A stretch of DNA of 63,853 nt, filler included, from Chrysochromulina tobinii (lineage: Eukaryota): assembly GCA_001275005.1 (NCBI GenBank). It is 6 parts of 6 records of this genome, joined end to end, with 100 filler letters (N's around TTAATTAATTAA, not from the genome) between each part and the next. Parts side by side here need not be neighbours in the genome. Positions count along the whole stretch, not along the records: positions 27,350 to 41,116 come from JWZX01000813.1; positions 41,217 to 53,046 come from JWZX01000814.1; 4 more parts are not named here. One strand, written 5' to 3'. Shown here in pieces: positions 30,160 to 41,745 of this stretch. The notes under the pieces were generated by a model that had not been told where the DNA came from, made no database searches, and worked only from the letters and a program-made list of their open reading frames with translations. The translations under genes were made by a program, and so were the position numbers. Positions within the stretch are counted from its first letter, which is position 1, and the number at the start of each line of letters is the position of its first letter.

Positions 30160-31700
30160 ATGGTGGAGCCAACCTCCGCAGGTGTGCGGCTAACGACGCT
30201 CCCGCTGGTGTCCGACCAGGTTCGGGGCGAGACCACCATCATCTCGGTGCACAAGAAATCCAAGGACGTCAAAGTTGGCCTTGAGATGGGCTACTCTAAG
30301 GACGGCCGATGGCTCGTCATCTCGGAAATCCATCCGAATACCCTGTGCTCGACCTTCTCCGAGCTCAAGAAGGGCGCCAAGCTGCTCGACGTCGAGGCTG
30401 ACGGCGTGCTGCACCGGCATCCCTCGCTGCAGCAGGCGGTCGTGCTGATCGCTGGAGCCGTGGGAGACCTGCGCCTGACGATCATGCCGCTGCTCGACCG
30501 TTACGGGTTCATCGTCTCCATGGAGGAGTTCCTCGCCCATTCAGTCACGCGCGACATGGTGCGCGAGGAGAACATACAGCTCAAGAAGTGGCAGAAGCGC
30601 GCGGCGACGCCCAAGGCTTGGCAAGAGTATGCGAGTCGCAAGCCGGACAAGCTGCGCAAACGCATCCGCGAGGGCGTGCCGGACGCAGTGCGCGGCTTCG
30701 TGTGGAAGCTGCTCGCGGCAGCTCGCTCGTCGCCCGAGTTCCGGCAAGCCACCACGTGGCATGAGCTCGTCGCAAAGGCAGCCGACATTGCAGAAGATCA
30801 CGCCGTCCAGATCGATAAGGACGTGCCCCGGACGATGACGGAGCACATCTACTTCCGCTCGGCGGGCAAAACGGGCCAGGAGGCGCTCGCTCGTCTCCTC
30901 AAGTGCTACGCGGCCTACCACCCGGAGCTCGGGTACACCCAAGGTATGTCGAGCTACGCCGCGGTGCTCTTGCTCTACATGACGGAAGAGGATGCGTTTT
31001 GGACGTTTGCCACGCTCATGAAGAGCTGTGGGCTGGTCGGCCTCTTTGTCGACGGCTTCCCGCTCCTCTTCCACCACTACGACGTGTGGCAGCAGCTCAT
31101 CCAGAAGCACCTGCCTAAAGTGGACAAGCACATCAAGCAGGAGCTGCTTCAGTTCCTCGGTATGGACATGAAGGAGTACAACCAGATCGTCAAGGAGCAG
31201 TCACCGATGCGCTCCATGCTCCCCTCAATGTACACCACCTATTGGTTCCAGTCGATGGTCGTAGGCGGAGACAACCCGGCGCCGTCCGCCGTCGCGCCGC
31301 GCCTGATGGACTGCATCCTGCTCGATGGGCACTTGGGAGTGATCTTCCAATTCGGGTTGGCATTGCTCAAGAGTCACGAGAAGGAGGTGAGCCTCACTGA
31401 TTGCATCCCTCATCAGCCATTGATTGCCATCCCTCATCAGCTGCTCAAGAGTCACGAGAAGGAGGTGAGCCTCACTGATTGCGCTCCTGAGTGCGTGACT
31501 GAGTGCGTTCCTGATAGCAATTCTTTGCCTCCCTGATCGCCACTGATTGCATCCCTCATCAGCTGCTCAAGCTACGCGGCGACTCGCTCGCGAACGCGTT
31601 GCGCACGCTGCCCACGCGATGCGGCGACTTTGAGGCACTGCTCGAGAAGGCGCACGAGTACAAAATAGCCGACAAGACCTTGCAGGGCCCTATGGAGTGA
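30160..31700 (+). CDS. TBC-domain Rab GTPase-activating protein with N-terminal PDZ-like domain; exons 30160-31386 and 31563-31700
   Basis: DRYGF, RIREGVPDAVRGFVW, QIDKDVPRT (Arg finger), GYTQGMS (Gln finger), EEDAFW. PDZ-like KVGLEMG..LVISEIHP..LKKGAKLL. Intron 31387-31562. Confidence 0.9.
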
Positions 31701-31860
31701 TGGGAGGCTGCGAGCGATGAGGAACAGCCGTCGCCGAAACCCGAAAGGTGATGGAGACGACCACGTGTCACGCACCTCAATCGCCCCTCGGTGTCTGTGA
31801 CCCGCCAAGTTTGAAATACATGCGTATTAGGAATTGGAATTCCGCAACATAGGAAGGCCT

Positions 31861-33857
31861 ATGGGGGTTTTGTTCGCACCCTTGTGCGCTCTTGCAAGCA
31901 GCGTGCTAGCGCAACCGCGCGAGATGTACGCCTCGGATGACCCGAGCGGCCTGCAGGAGAAGCTACAAAGCATCGTCGACTTCCACAGCGCCTTCTGGAA
32001 CTGCAGCTTCTCCTTTGCTGTGCACAACGATACGATGGAAATCGCGGTGGCAGCGGGCGCGAACGACTGGGCCAAACCCACCACGAGCAGACTTACGCCC
32101 AACAGCCAGATCCCGATGGGCTCAACTACCAAGATGTACACTGCGGTGTCCGTGGTGCGTCTTGCTGAGGCCGGTACCATTCACCTCGACCAGCCGGTAG
32201 CTCCGTTGGTCGACAAGTACCTCGCCAAGCCGATGCCGTGCGAGCAGGCCCCGGCCTATTGTGAGGTCGAATGCGCGCCGATCTCATACTGCTTCGTGCA
32301 GCCTGAGCCCGCCTGCTCCAATACAACCGATGAGACTTACAACAAGTGCTCCTACTGCCTGCGCTACTTGCACTGCTACCCCAGCAAGGGGCGGCCGACT
32401 GCGGTGACCGTTCTCAACCTATGGAAGAACGACGCGCGCATCGAGAAGGTGACGTTTCGGCACATCCTCAGCATGAGCTCGGGGCTCAGGGACTACTACG
32501 ACACGCCCGGCGGCACCGATTGGCTCTACTACTCCGTGCTGAACTCGACGCGCGATGTGGAACCTCTCGAGTATCTCGTGGAGCAGGACAAGTCGTTCCT
32601 CTTCTCTCCGGGCGAGGAGATCGTCGTGCCCGCGGGCCAGCCGGGCGCGGGACAGACGGTGCGACGCGGAGCCTACTCGACGAACGCGTACTCGCTCATA
32701 GGGCTAGCTCTCGCCGGCCTATTTGAGCTCGATGACTGGGCGCAGCTCGACCAGCGATCGCTTGCGTGGGGTAGGCATCTACCAGCCGACGACGCGACCC
32801 TGTTCCCCACACGTGGCACTTGCCTGAGCCAGCCAGGAATCGCGCACCAGTACACCTCAGTCACCGAGAACGAGACCTTCGTCGACATCTCGAACCACTC
32901 GTGCCTCAATTCTTGGATGGGGGGGAACATCGCGCCGCGCCCAATGGATGTGGCACGCTTCACCTTCGCCGCCTTCCGTAACGACGCGAAGGCTTTGATC
33001 ATGACCTGATGGCCTCTGATTGCACCTGACATTCCGTAACGACATTCCGTAACGACTCGAGCTCGACATCAGGTAACGACTCGAAGGGCCTCCTCAGCGC
33101 GCGGTCGCTCACCCAGATGCTCAACTACCACCCGCTCACTGACGAGTTTGCCCAATACAAATTGGCGTACGGGCTAGGGCTTGAGGGCCGGTGGGGTTCC
33201 ACAGGAACAGGCCAGCCGTTTGACGTGTGTGGACTCGAAGCGTATGGCCACGCGGGCCTTGATTACGGCTCGGGCGCAATGCTGAGCTTCTACCTGCCGC
33301 TCCTGCGGCTGGGCATCTCGCTGGCGACCACTTCGGCCGCTCGAATGGGTGGGGCGACTGCAGGCATGAACTGCTCGCGCCCGTACAAGCAGCTCCAGTA
33401 CGCAGTCAGCACAGTCCAGGGCGCGCTGGCAAGTGCTCACCACGGCGCCTGCCCTCCCCACAGGTACGCTGCGAGTGCGGTCCAGGGCGCGCTCGTGCGT
33501 GCCGTCTTCGAGGACGCGGGCATGGTCTCCACCTGCCCAGTGGCCAACTTCACAGTACCAACCGCGGCCGAGTGTGAAGATGCGCCTACAGTGGGCACCC
33601 TGCACGGCGAAGACTTGCACTGCCCCGACCTCTTTTGGTTTGCGGCTCAGAGACCATCTCGGCTGGACGCGAGCTCCGCATGCACTGCATGGCTCTCCCA
33701 TCGCTCGCTCCAGATGCTCACGCAGGACCTCCCTGGCTACCTCCCCCCCATCGGCGTCGATCCGAGCACTGTGGCGATCGATTTGTGCTTGGGCTCGTGC
33801 GGCGACGTCGGTGCTGGCCCGTGCTGGCTGCGGCAAAAGGTGGACCCTTGGTGCTAG
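31861..33857 (+). CDS. Secreted serine beta-lactamase/PBP-fold hydrolase with Cys-rich insert and Cys-rich C-terminus; introns 32978-33072 and probably 33398-33463
   Basis: Signal peptide, MGSTTK (SxxK), HILSMSSGL, FLFSPG..YSTNAY, YGLG..YGHAGLDYGS. Confidence 0.85.
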
Positions 33858-33916
33858 TGCTCCTACTCTGCCACTCCTGACGCCCTCGTGCCATGGGCAG
33901 CTGCCAGTGCGTGTGC

Positions 33917-34660
33917 GTGACGAAACCGTGACGAAACCGCCCTCGTGCCATGGGCTGCTGCCAGTGCGTGCGTATCTCCTCCAGTCGGCATTGGACGCCC
34001 TGGTTTCGGTTGGCACGTTTCAGACCAGCACCCGAAGCAACGAAACAGTGACGAAACCGTGAAGTTGCCCATGAAGCTGACGAAACCGTGACGAAACCGC
34101 CCTCACACGAAGCAACGAAACCGTGACGAAACCGATCTCACCCGAAGCAACGAAACCGTGTGGATCCCCGCGAGCATCGGCGAGCGACTTCCTTCACTCC
34201 GGCCCTGGGCCATGGGCAGCGACCGCCTTTCGGAACCGCTCCCTGCTGGTGCTGGGAGATTCCAATCTGCGACTCTTGGCATGGCACCTCCTCGTGTATA
34301 ACCATGCAGATGTACCTCAGCAGGCGATGAAGGACAACCTACTCCACCAGCCTGGATGGGTATTTGCCGATGCCTTGCTGTGCGGGCGGCACGGCTCCGG
34401 ATGCTGGAACTGTTCCGTGTGTTGCCACCCGCTCAACCAAAGGACAAGGTCCGATGGTCGACTCATCAACTTGTCAACCAACAAGACCTGTCCCGGAGGC
34501 CCCCATCGCCCATGGTGCCAGTGCGCTGTGAGCCCCTGGATTCTGGGTGGCGTCGCGCATGCAGCCGCCAATTGTGACGCTCGGCTTCAGCTGGAAATTC
34601 GAGCTCGGCAGTGACGAAACCCGAGCTCGGTAGTGACGAAACCCGAGCTCGGCTGTGACG
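33917..34660. repeat. Clustered GTGACGAAACC repeats flanking a GDS-motif coding fragment
   Basis: About 9 copies or partial copies at 33917-34160 and 2-3 at 34611-34660. Confidence 0.75.
34123..34614 (+). pseudogene. Fragment resembling the N-terminus of an SGNH/PC-esterase domain
   Basis: FRNRSLLVLGDSNLRLL motif, no ATG start, and the frame breaks near 34575. Confidence 0.4.
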
Positions 34661-34774
34661 ACTTTCTCAGGCGCTCGCGTTTCGTGTGGCCGTGTACGAG
34701 TTACTGTATGCTACTGTATGAGCGGTATCAACAAAACATCATCACCGTGTACGTGCGGCACGACGAGTCAGGTA

Positions 34775-35239
34775 TTAGTCATCACCGTGGATCAGATTCT
34801 CGTCCATGGTCGCCAGCCGGGATCGCAATTCCTCCATCTTGAGGCCCACGATCTGCACGAGCTGCTCCGCCTCGGCAGGCGGGAGCTGCGTGCGTGCATC
34901 CTCGAAGCGCTTGATCATCTGCTCGATGGCCTCGCGTGCTTCGTTCAGATCGTCCACAAAGTATACTTTGCCAAGGCTATCCTCCGCGTCCTCCATGAGT
35001 TCTCTGGCCTCTCCATAGAGCTCCGAGAGCTCCTCAGCGATGCTCTCCGCCGTCATTGGCTTCGAGCAAAGGTGTCGGAGCGGCAGCGGCTGGAAAACGG
35101 CGCTCAGGCTTCGGAGGCGAGTCATGGGAGTCGCCAGCAACGATTGCGCGGCGGCGTGGCGAGCGCGCTGCGGAGCGGCGATGAGCTGGCGACCGCGAGG
35201 CAAGATGACGCAGCCGACGGCGAGGATGCGTCGCGTCAT
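34775..35239 (-). CDS. Small mitochondrial-type helical protein similar to plant 'embryogenesis-like' / fungal homologues
   Basis: Arg-rich presequence, then LYGEARELMEDA..S..VYF.DDL.EAREA...GLKMEELRSRL. Confidence 0.75.
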   Translation of the reverse strand: MTRRILAVGCVILPRGRQLIAAPQRARHAAAQSLLATPMTRLRSLSAVFQPLPLRHLCSKPMTAESIAEELSELYGEARELMEDAEDSLGKVYFVDDLNEAREAIEQMIKRFEDARTQLPPAEAEQLVQIVGLKMEELRSRLATMDENLIHGDD

Positions 35240-35639
35240 GTTTGCGTCGCGGGATTTTCTGTCACTTTCGAAGGACTTCCATGACTTCCATTTGCCTATT
35301 GTGTATGTAGAGCCTTGACATGACGTGACAGACCGACACGCCCAGGCGCGCTCGATGCCATCAGGTGACTCATGAAATCTACAATTGGATGGCCAAAAAC
35401 TCCCTATTTGTAACGGTGCAAACTTCAGACCCGCGTTGCGAACCCGGCCCTCGCTCACGAGTCCTTCCTCGGGCGCTTCCGCATAGGTTGCCCTACGTCT
35501 GCGGGTTCAGCTGTCACTGAACCCGCGCTTAGTGGTGGAGAGACGGCGACTGTCCTCTTCACCGTTCCACCTCTGATGCTCGCCGGCAAGCGAGGCGGCG
35601 CGCAGGCTGGGCGGGCGGACGCGGGGGCGCAAGGAGGAG

Positions 35640-35680
35640 ATGTCCAAGGGCTCGCCGGAGATGGCCAAGGCCTCTCCGGC

Positions 35681-35742
<62 letters not shown>

Positions 35743-37687
35743 CGGCGCGGGGCAAGCCGCTCGCCGCGCTCGATGTCACTGCGAAGGCGAGCCCGAAGAT
35801 GAGCGCCTCCGTAAAGGGCAGGTCGCTTTCCCTAGAGGGGCCAAAGGGAAGCCAGCCGAGCCCGAAGACGCGGCCAGAGGCGCCTCGTCATCGTGTGGCG
35901 AGCCCGCGCGGCAAGGCGCTCGCGGACACGAGCACAGGCGGCGTCGTGCTTCGCGGCAAGGCGGGTGCGGACGATGGCGGGAGCAGCGGCGACCAGACGA
36001 GCGCCGAGTCGAGCGCCTTCGCGTCGCTGCACGAGCGCCATCTGACGCTGCAGCAGGAGCACGCGTCGCTGCTGCAGGCGCACGCGGCGCTGCAAGCCAA
36101 GCACCGCGACTCGGTCGGCTCGTGCCTGGCGCTCCTCGACCAGGTACGCCTGCGACGCGGCCGGGCTCCCTTGATTGCCTCTGATGACCTCTGATGACCT
36201 CTGATTGCCTCCCTCATCAGATCAAGGAGCTCCAAGGGCGCCTCGATCTCAACGAGCAGTCCCTCTCCTCCGCACGCGCTCCCGAGCCGTCTTCCAAGGG
36301 CGGGGCGGCCGTGCGCTGCACGCCGCGCACGATGCCGGGAGGAGGCACGAGCACGCACAGCGCGCCGCCGCACAAGCAGGCGGGCGCCGTCGCGGGCACC
36401 GACGGGCGTCGTCATGGGCGGCAAAGGGCCCGCGCTGTCGGCCGGTCCGACGCGCCCTGTCGGGCACGGCGGGCCGCTCGGGACGGCGCCGCCGCCTCTG
36501 CGGCTAGGGGAGGAGCGACGCGGCGAGCTGGGGGAGGAGGCGTGGGCGCCGTCCCGAGCGCCGGACTGCAAGTCGCTTAGCTCGACGATGACGCCTACCG
36601 GTATGGTCGCCGGATTTGGGAGCCGAGGCGCCGTCGTGGGCGGTACGTCGGCGCGGGATGGACACGGGGCACCTGCCGCTGCTGGCGCCGGCGCCGGCGG
36701 GGCAGGGGGTAGCAGGGCGGCGTCGTCGATGCTGGTCAACGGGCGTGGCCCACTGAACAGCGGGCGCGCCACCGGGGCCGCCGCGGAGGCGCCATCGCGT
36801 GCCCGGGGCGGCGCTCAAGCGCGCTTGCCTTCGTCGAGTGGGGGTGGTGGCGGTGGTGGCGGCGGCAGCAGCAGCGCCAACAACACGGCGCCGATGACGA
36901 AGGGCGCGCCGCCGGCGGCCCCTGCGCCGTTCAAAGGGGCGCACGGGGCGCTCGGGACGGCGCTCGGCGCGGCGGGGGCGGCGCCTCAGGGGCGGAGCGC
37001 CGTCCCGAGCGCCGTGCCGGCACGGCGCGCGCTTGACTTTGGCGCGGGCGGCCTCTCGTCTGTGGAGATCGACGATGACGTGCTGGCGTTCACACCGGTG
37101 GACGTGCACACCCACGACGACGAGTTCGAGGGCGAGGTGGGCGGTGCTGACGAGCTCGATGACCCGTACGACGAGCACGACGGCGGGTACGGCGGGTACG
37201 GCGAGGGCGAGGACGAGGACGAAGAGCCGTACGACGAGTACGACGAGGACGAGGACGGGCGCTACGGCGGTGGGCGGTACGAGGACGAGGACGAGGAGGA
37301 CGAGGACGTGCCCGAGCACATGAGCAGCAGCTGGGCGCGCGAGGTCGATGCGGAGATTGACGATGCGGACGAGGAGCTCGACGACGGGTACGGGTACGAC
37401 GACGAGGAGGAGGACGATGAGGAGCGACTCTCGCCTCAGGATGTGGAACAGCTCGTCGAGCGATTCGTGAGCACTCGAAAGCGGTGCGAGGAGCTCGAGG
37501 GGGAGAACCTCAAATTGACGAAACAGCTGCTCGACATTGCGCACAAGCAGGCGCCCGACACGCTCATCATCCAGGTGTCGCCCGAGATGTGGTGAGCTTC
37601 GTCATCCAGGTGTCGCCCGAGCTCGATGATCTCGACGCGCGCGTGGGGGAGGCCGTGCGCGAAGAGGCGAGATTGAGGCGAGATTGA
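35640..37687 (+). CDS. Hypothetical low-complexity/coiled-coil protein with polyQ and acidic tract (exon structure partly unresolved)
   Basis: ATG 35640, Q20, coiled coil continued across intron 36144-36220 (LLDQ|IKELQGRL). Acidic ORF 36414-37595 is in another frame, so a further intron or frameshift is needed. Probable small intron 37575-37609. Confidence 0.55.
35682..35741 (+). repeat. (CAG)n microsatellite encoding ~20 Gln
   Basis: Directly visible. Confidence 0.95.
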
Positions 37688-38660
37688 GGCGAGATTGAGG
37701 CGAGATCGAGGCGACTGAGGCGGCGGCTTAATCGGAGGCCCATTCGATTGCTTCCGATGGGGCAGGAACTACTCCTTGGCAGGGCTGCTTTGTCCGTGCC
37801 GATGCGGCAGAGCATGCCGCATGCCGGAACCATCGACAAGGGACGGGGGGCAGTTAGGGAAGGGCACAAGGGCGCGGCACAAGATGTTTGGCCGGTGTGC
37901 ATGTGTGTGTGGTTTTCGGGCGCCGTATTGCGGATTTGCACGCGCGTGTTGCACCACTGTGTTTTACTGTGGTTCGGTGGGTTGTTACAAAGCCGGGGGG
38001 CCTCTCCGCTCCGTCCCGATCGCATCGGATCTCCCCATCCGATCTCTCGACATCCGATCTCTTAGCTCTCGTGTCTCTCCGCTCTGGACTCAATCACTCC
38101 GCCTGAGCGTGCCCCCCGGGACGACGACTCCTGGGACCTGGCAGCGTGTCGTAATGTTAAATTTGCGCCCTTCCACGTCAGTTCCAGTATCCACATTGCA
38201 AGTTGTCTAACGGAAGCTGCTGCCGACATCCGATCTAACGATGCCCCCGCGGGAGAGGACGATCCGACAGATTCCGTCCAACACGTTCCGTCTGATGATC
38301 ACCGGTGGTTGCCCACCCGTTGTACGACCACTCCGCCAGCTACGTCCACGATCAAAGCGGCATGCCCAGCCAAGAGCCATCGGCCCATCGCCATGGCCGT
38401 CGCAACTCGACACATAAACCCCATCCCCCACCGGCCACGTCTTCTCCCATGTTGGTTGTACATGCCAAACTCGCTCCCGCACATCCACATGCGTCGTGCA
38501 TGCGCCTGCACACTCCCTTTGCCAAAGTTGCTTGGTGCCCGAGACAGTTCCGAGACAGTTCCCGATGCATTGCAATGAAGACCCCAACGCCCGTCCGACA
38601 CCGCCTTCGACACCGCCTGTGAGGTCGGGGGGGTCACCTGTTGTGATCAAAGCCGAGGCT

Positions 38661-39473
38661 TCAAAATTGGATCCCGTTGCCATCGTCCGTCTTCGAGTGG
38701 GTGTTGGCTATCCGCTCGCCCATCGCAGTGTTCTCAGAGTTGAGGACCTTGGCCGCCTTCGCCTTCCGGTCTTTGGAGGCCGCAGCGCTCGAGTCACGCA
38801 GCTGCGCGATGTTCCCGCCGCCCGCCAACACGTCGTCCATGACGTCATCATCCGTCTTTGCCTTGGTGTTTGAGATCCGCTGCCTCAGTGCCTCATTCTC
38901 CGCCTTGATCTTCTCAATCTTGGCTGCGCGACGAGCCATGTTCGCGGCCGCGCGCTCCTCACGGGCCGCGCCCGCCACCTCGTCGGTAATGTCGGTGTCG
39001 GTCATACACTTGACGTTCTTGATCCTCTCCTTCATCTCCTCATTCTCCCTCCGGATCTCCGCTGCTTCCGCCGCCTTGCGCGCACGCGACTCCGCGGCCA
39101 ACCTTCCCCGGGCAATCGCCGCAGCCTCAGTGTCCATTAGATCGTCGACCACGGTCGTCTTTGCCTTGAGGCGGGCCCAGTACTGCTTGACCTCAGCTTT
39201 GCGCGTGGCCTCCTCCTCCGCGCGACGCGCAGCAGAGGCCGCCGCGAGCTCAGCCCGTGCTACTGCTGCAATCTCTGTGTCCATCACCGAGTCAACTACC
39301 GGCGGCATGCTGGCCAGTCGCGAAGAGTGCTGAATGTTGCCTTGCCGAATCTGTTCAGCAGTATTCTTCGCAATGAAATCGCGCATGGCCGCCTCTGTAC
39401 CAATACCCCGCTTTGAGCCTGGAGAGCCCGGCGAGCTCGGGGTGAGCATCTCGCCCGTCATGACGATTGGCAT
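38661..39473 (-). CDS. Alpha-helical tandem-repeat protein (49-aa units)
   Basis: Three 49-aa units plus one longer unit, consensus TDDxxxDExAxxARxxxAAxSxARxAxxxxxxxxENxxMxxRIxN. Confidence 0.8.
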   Translation of the reverse strand: MPIVMTGEMLTPSSPGSPGSKRGIGTEAAMRDFIAKNTAEQIRQGNIQHSSRLASMPPVVDSVMDTEIAAVARAELAAASAARRAEEEATRKAEVKQYWARLKAKTTVVDDLMDTEAAAIARGRLAAESRARKAAEAAEIRRENEEMKERIKNVKCMTDTDITDEVAGAAREERAAANMARRAAKIEKIKAENEALRQRISNTKAKTDDDVMDDVLAGGGNIAQLRDSSAAASKDRKAKAAKVLNSENTAMGERIANTHSKTDDGNGIQF

Positions 39474-39959
39474 CCAAAAAAAACCCAAGAAAAAGTTGAT
39501 TTCGAGAAGAATTTTGGTCATGATTACCAAGATTATCGCGGGTTGCATGCATGCGAACGTTCAAGTTCAAGTTCGAACGAATTGTGCCAGCTCTCAATTA
39601 GAGACAGTAACCCTTCTCCCTTGCATTTATCCGCGGTCGTTGATAACCCCGCCCGCCCGTACGGTTATTATCCGCCGCAGCGGCCTGCACGCGCACGCCC
39701 ACGCCGGTTTTCAAGTGTAAACTGCTTCGGCGGCTGGAAGAAGTTGCGGCCGCCGCGATCTCAAAACCTCACATTCAATTCGCATGCCGAAATATTTATC
39801 CGAAGGCCCAAAAATGGAAAGGGAATGAGGCAGAATGAAAAAGGAATCGACGCGTAACACTCGTTAACTCGACTCGTTTTACGGCGCTCTGCCTCAGCCG
39901 CCGCAAGCAGCGTCACCTCCCTCGAAACACTCCCAAAGTGCAAGCGATCACTTCCTTCC

Positions 39960-41116
39960 ATGGAGCCTGCAAGAGCGATGCGCGACTCGCCAAACGACGA
40001 GGTGGGCGGCTGCGAGGCAGTGGTGAGCGTGGCAGCGGCGGGCGGGGCAGCAGCGGGCATGGCAGCGAAGGGCGGGTCAGCAACGGGCGAGGCAGTGGCA
40101 GGCGTCGCAGCGGCGGGCATGGCAGCGGAGGGCGGGGCAGCAGCGGGCGAGGCAGTGGCGGGCATGGCAGCGGCGGGCATGGCAGCGGAGGGCGTGGCAG
40201 CGGCGGGCATGGCAGCGGAGGGCGGGGCAGCAGCAGGCGAGGCAGTGGCAGGCGTCGCAGCGGTGGGCATGGCAGCGGAGGTCGGGGCAGCAGCGGGCGA
40301 GGCAGTGGCAGGCGTCGCAGCGGCGGGCATGGCAGCGGAGGGCGTGGCCGCGGTGGGCGGGGCAGCAGCGGGCATGGCAGCGGAGGGCGGGGCAGCGGCA
40401 GGCATGGCAGCGGCGGGCGAGGCAGCGGCGGGCGAGGCAGTGATGGGCGGGGCAGCAGCGGGCGTGGCAGTGGCAGAGCCCGAGGCCGAGCCCGAAGTTC
40501 CCAAAGCAGCCCCCAAAGCGTGTCCCACTGCTGTCGCTCCAAAGGCCGCGCTGGGTGCACCCGCCCCCAAGCAAGCTGCTGGACCCGCCGCTCCCACTGC
40601 CAAGCGTGCTCGAGCAATTCAGCACCGCCGCTCCGCCGGCAGCGATGGCGTCGCGCGGCTCGATGTTGCGGTCGAGATCGAGCCTCATCTCTCGAAGGTG
40701 CAGGCGACGCACCGGAAGCGACTTTGGCCCATCGTCGGTGCGACGTTGGCCACAGCACTGGCAACCGTAATCGTCCTTTTGGTGCTTGACGTCCTCAATG
40801 CCCACCCGAGGATCGCACTGACTCGAGTTGCTACTCACCTCAACGATGAGCTTCCGGATTCCGTTCGCGTGCATGCCTCTGGGCTGCTCGAATACCATGG
40901 GCGCGTCCACACTTTCGGGCTTCATGCGGCGACGTGCAAGTTGACAAGTGGCGATGGGCACCACATCGTGCAGAGTGCACTCGACGGACCGATCTCCAGC
41001 ACCGATGGAACCTTGAATGTCACGATGATGTTATGGGTTGCATCATCCAACCTCGTAAGCGTGGCCGTCGCTGACTGGCAGGCTGGCTTTACAATTGAAT
41101 GTGGGCTGCACCTCTG
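39960..41116 (+). CDS. Ala/Gly-repeat protein with one TM helix, truncated at contig end
   Basis: Minisatellite-coded AAAGMAAEG repeats (40020-40480), TM IVGATLATALATVIVLLVL, then a beta-rich segment open to the linker. Confidence 0.55.
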
Positions 41117-41216
41117 NNNNNNNNNNNNNNNNNNNNNNNNNNNNNNNNNNNNNNNNNNNNTTAATTAATTAANNNNNNNNNNNNNNNNNNNNNNNNNNNN
41201 NNNNNNNNNNNNNNNN
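41117..41216. other. Artificial contig linker
   Basis: N44-TTAATTAATTAA-N44. Confidence 0.99.
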
Positions 41217-41745
41217 TAAGGTGATTTTAGGTAGTTACACGTGCCGAGGTGTCGAACCACCTGAGCCAGGCGGCTTGGCTCACGTCAGAGTGGGCCATCT
41301 CTGGTAGGTGTGAATTAGGGCCGTTCCGTCAATGCAGCATAGTATCATACATGTATTGGGCACAGGACCTCGTGACCGTCCTCGTGACCCGCGCACGAGT
41401 GAGCTTCGAGGTCGTTCCTCGTGCGCGTGCGCTCCGCGTTGTTTTGTTGTTGTCGTGTCTTGTGTCGTACGGATCTACATGCATGATGCCACACGGCACT
41501 CTGCGCGCACTGCGGCGCGGAAGCTGACTGCAATGGGGTTTCTGTGGCATCTTGGGGGACGTCGTGTTCACATGTGTTCAGTACTCCGAGCCCAACGAAC
41601 TGTGAAGCTGAGCCAGGCGCAATTACTCATGCAATTACATGTACATGTACCGCGAAAAAGAAACCGTGATCAAGGTCCATCATTGCATGCCGCCGCTCCA
41701 AAACTGCTAAGTTTGCTTTGCCGCGTTGTACACGCGTCCCTCGTG

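Noticed and set aside
33917..34160. Possible CRISPR array
   Set aside because: Repeat is only 11 bp, spacing is irregular, there are no cas genes, and the context is eukaryotic.
41332..41745. N-terminal 138-aa extension of the Cys-repeat receptor ORF
   Set aside because: Non-coding-like composition; the signal peptide follows the ATG at 41746/41752.
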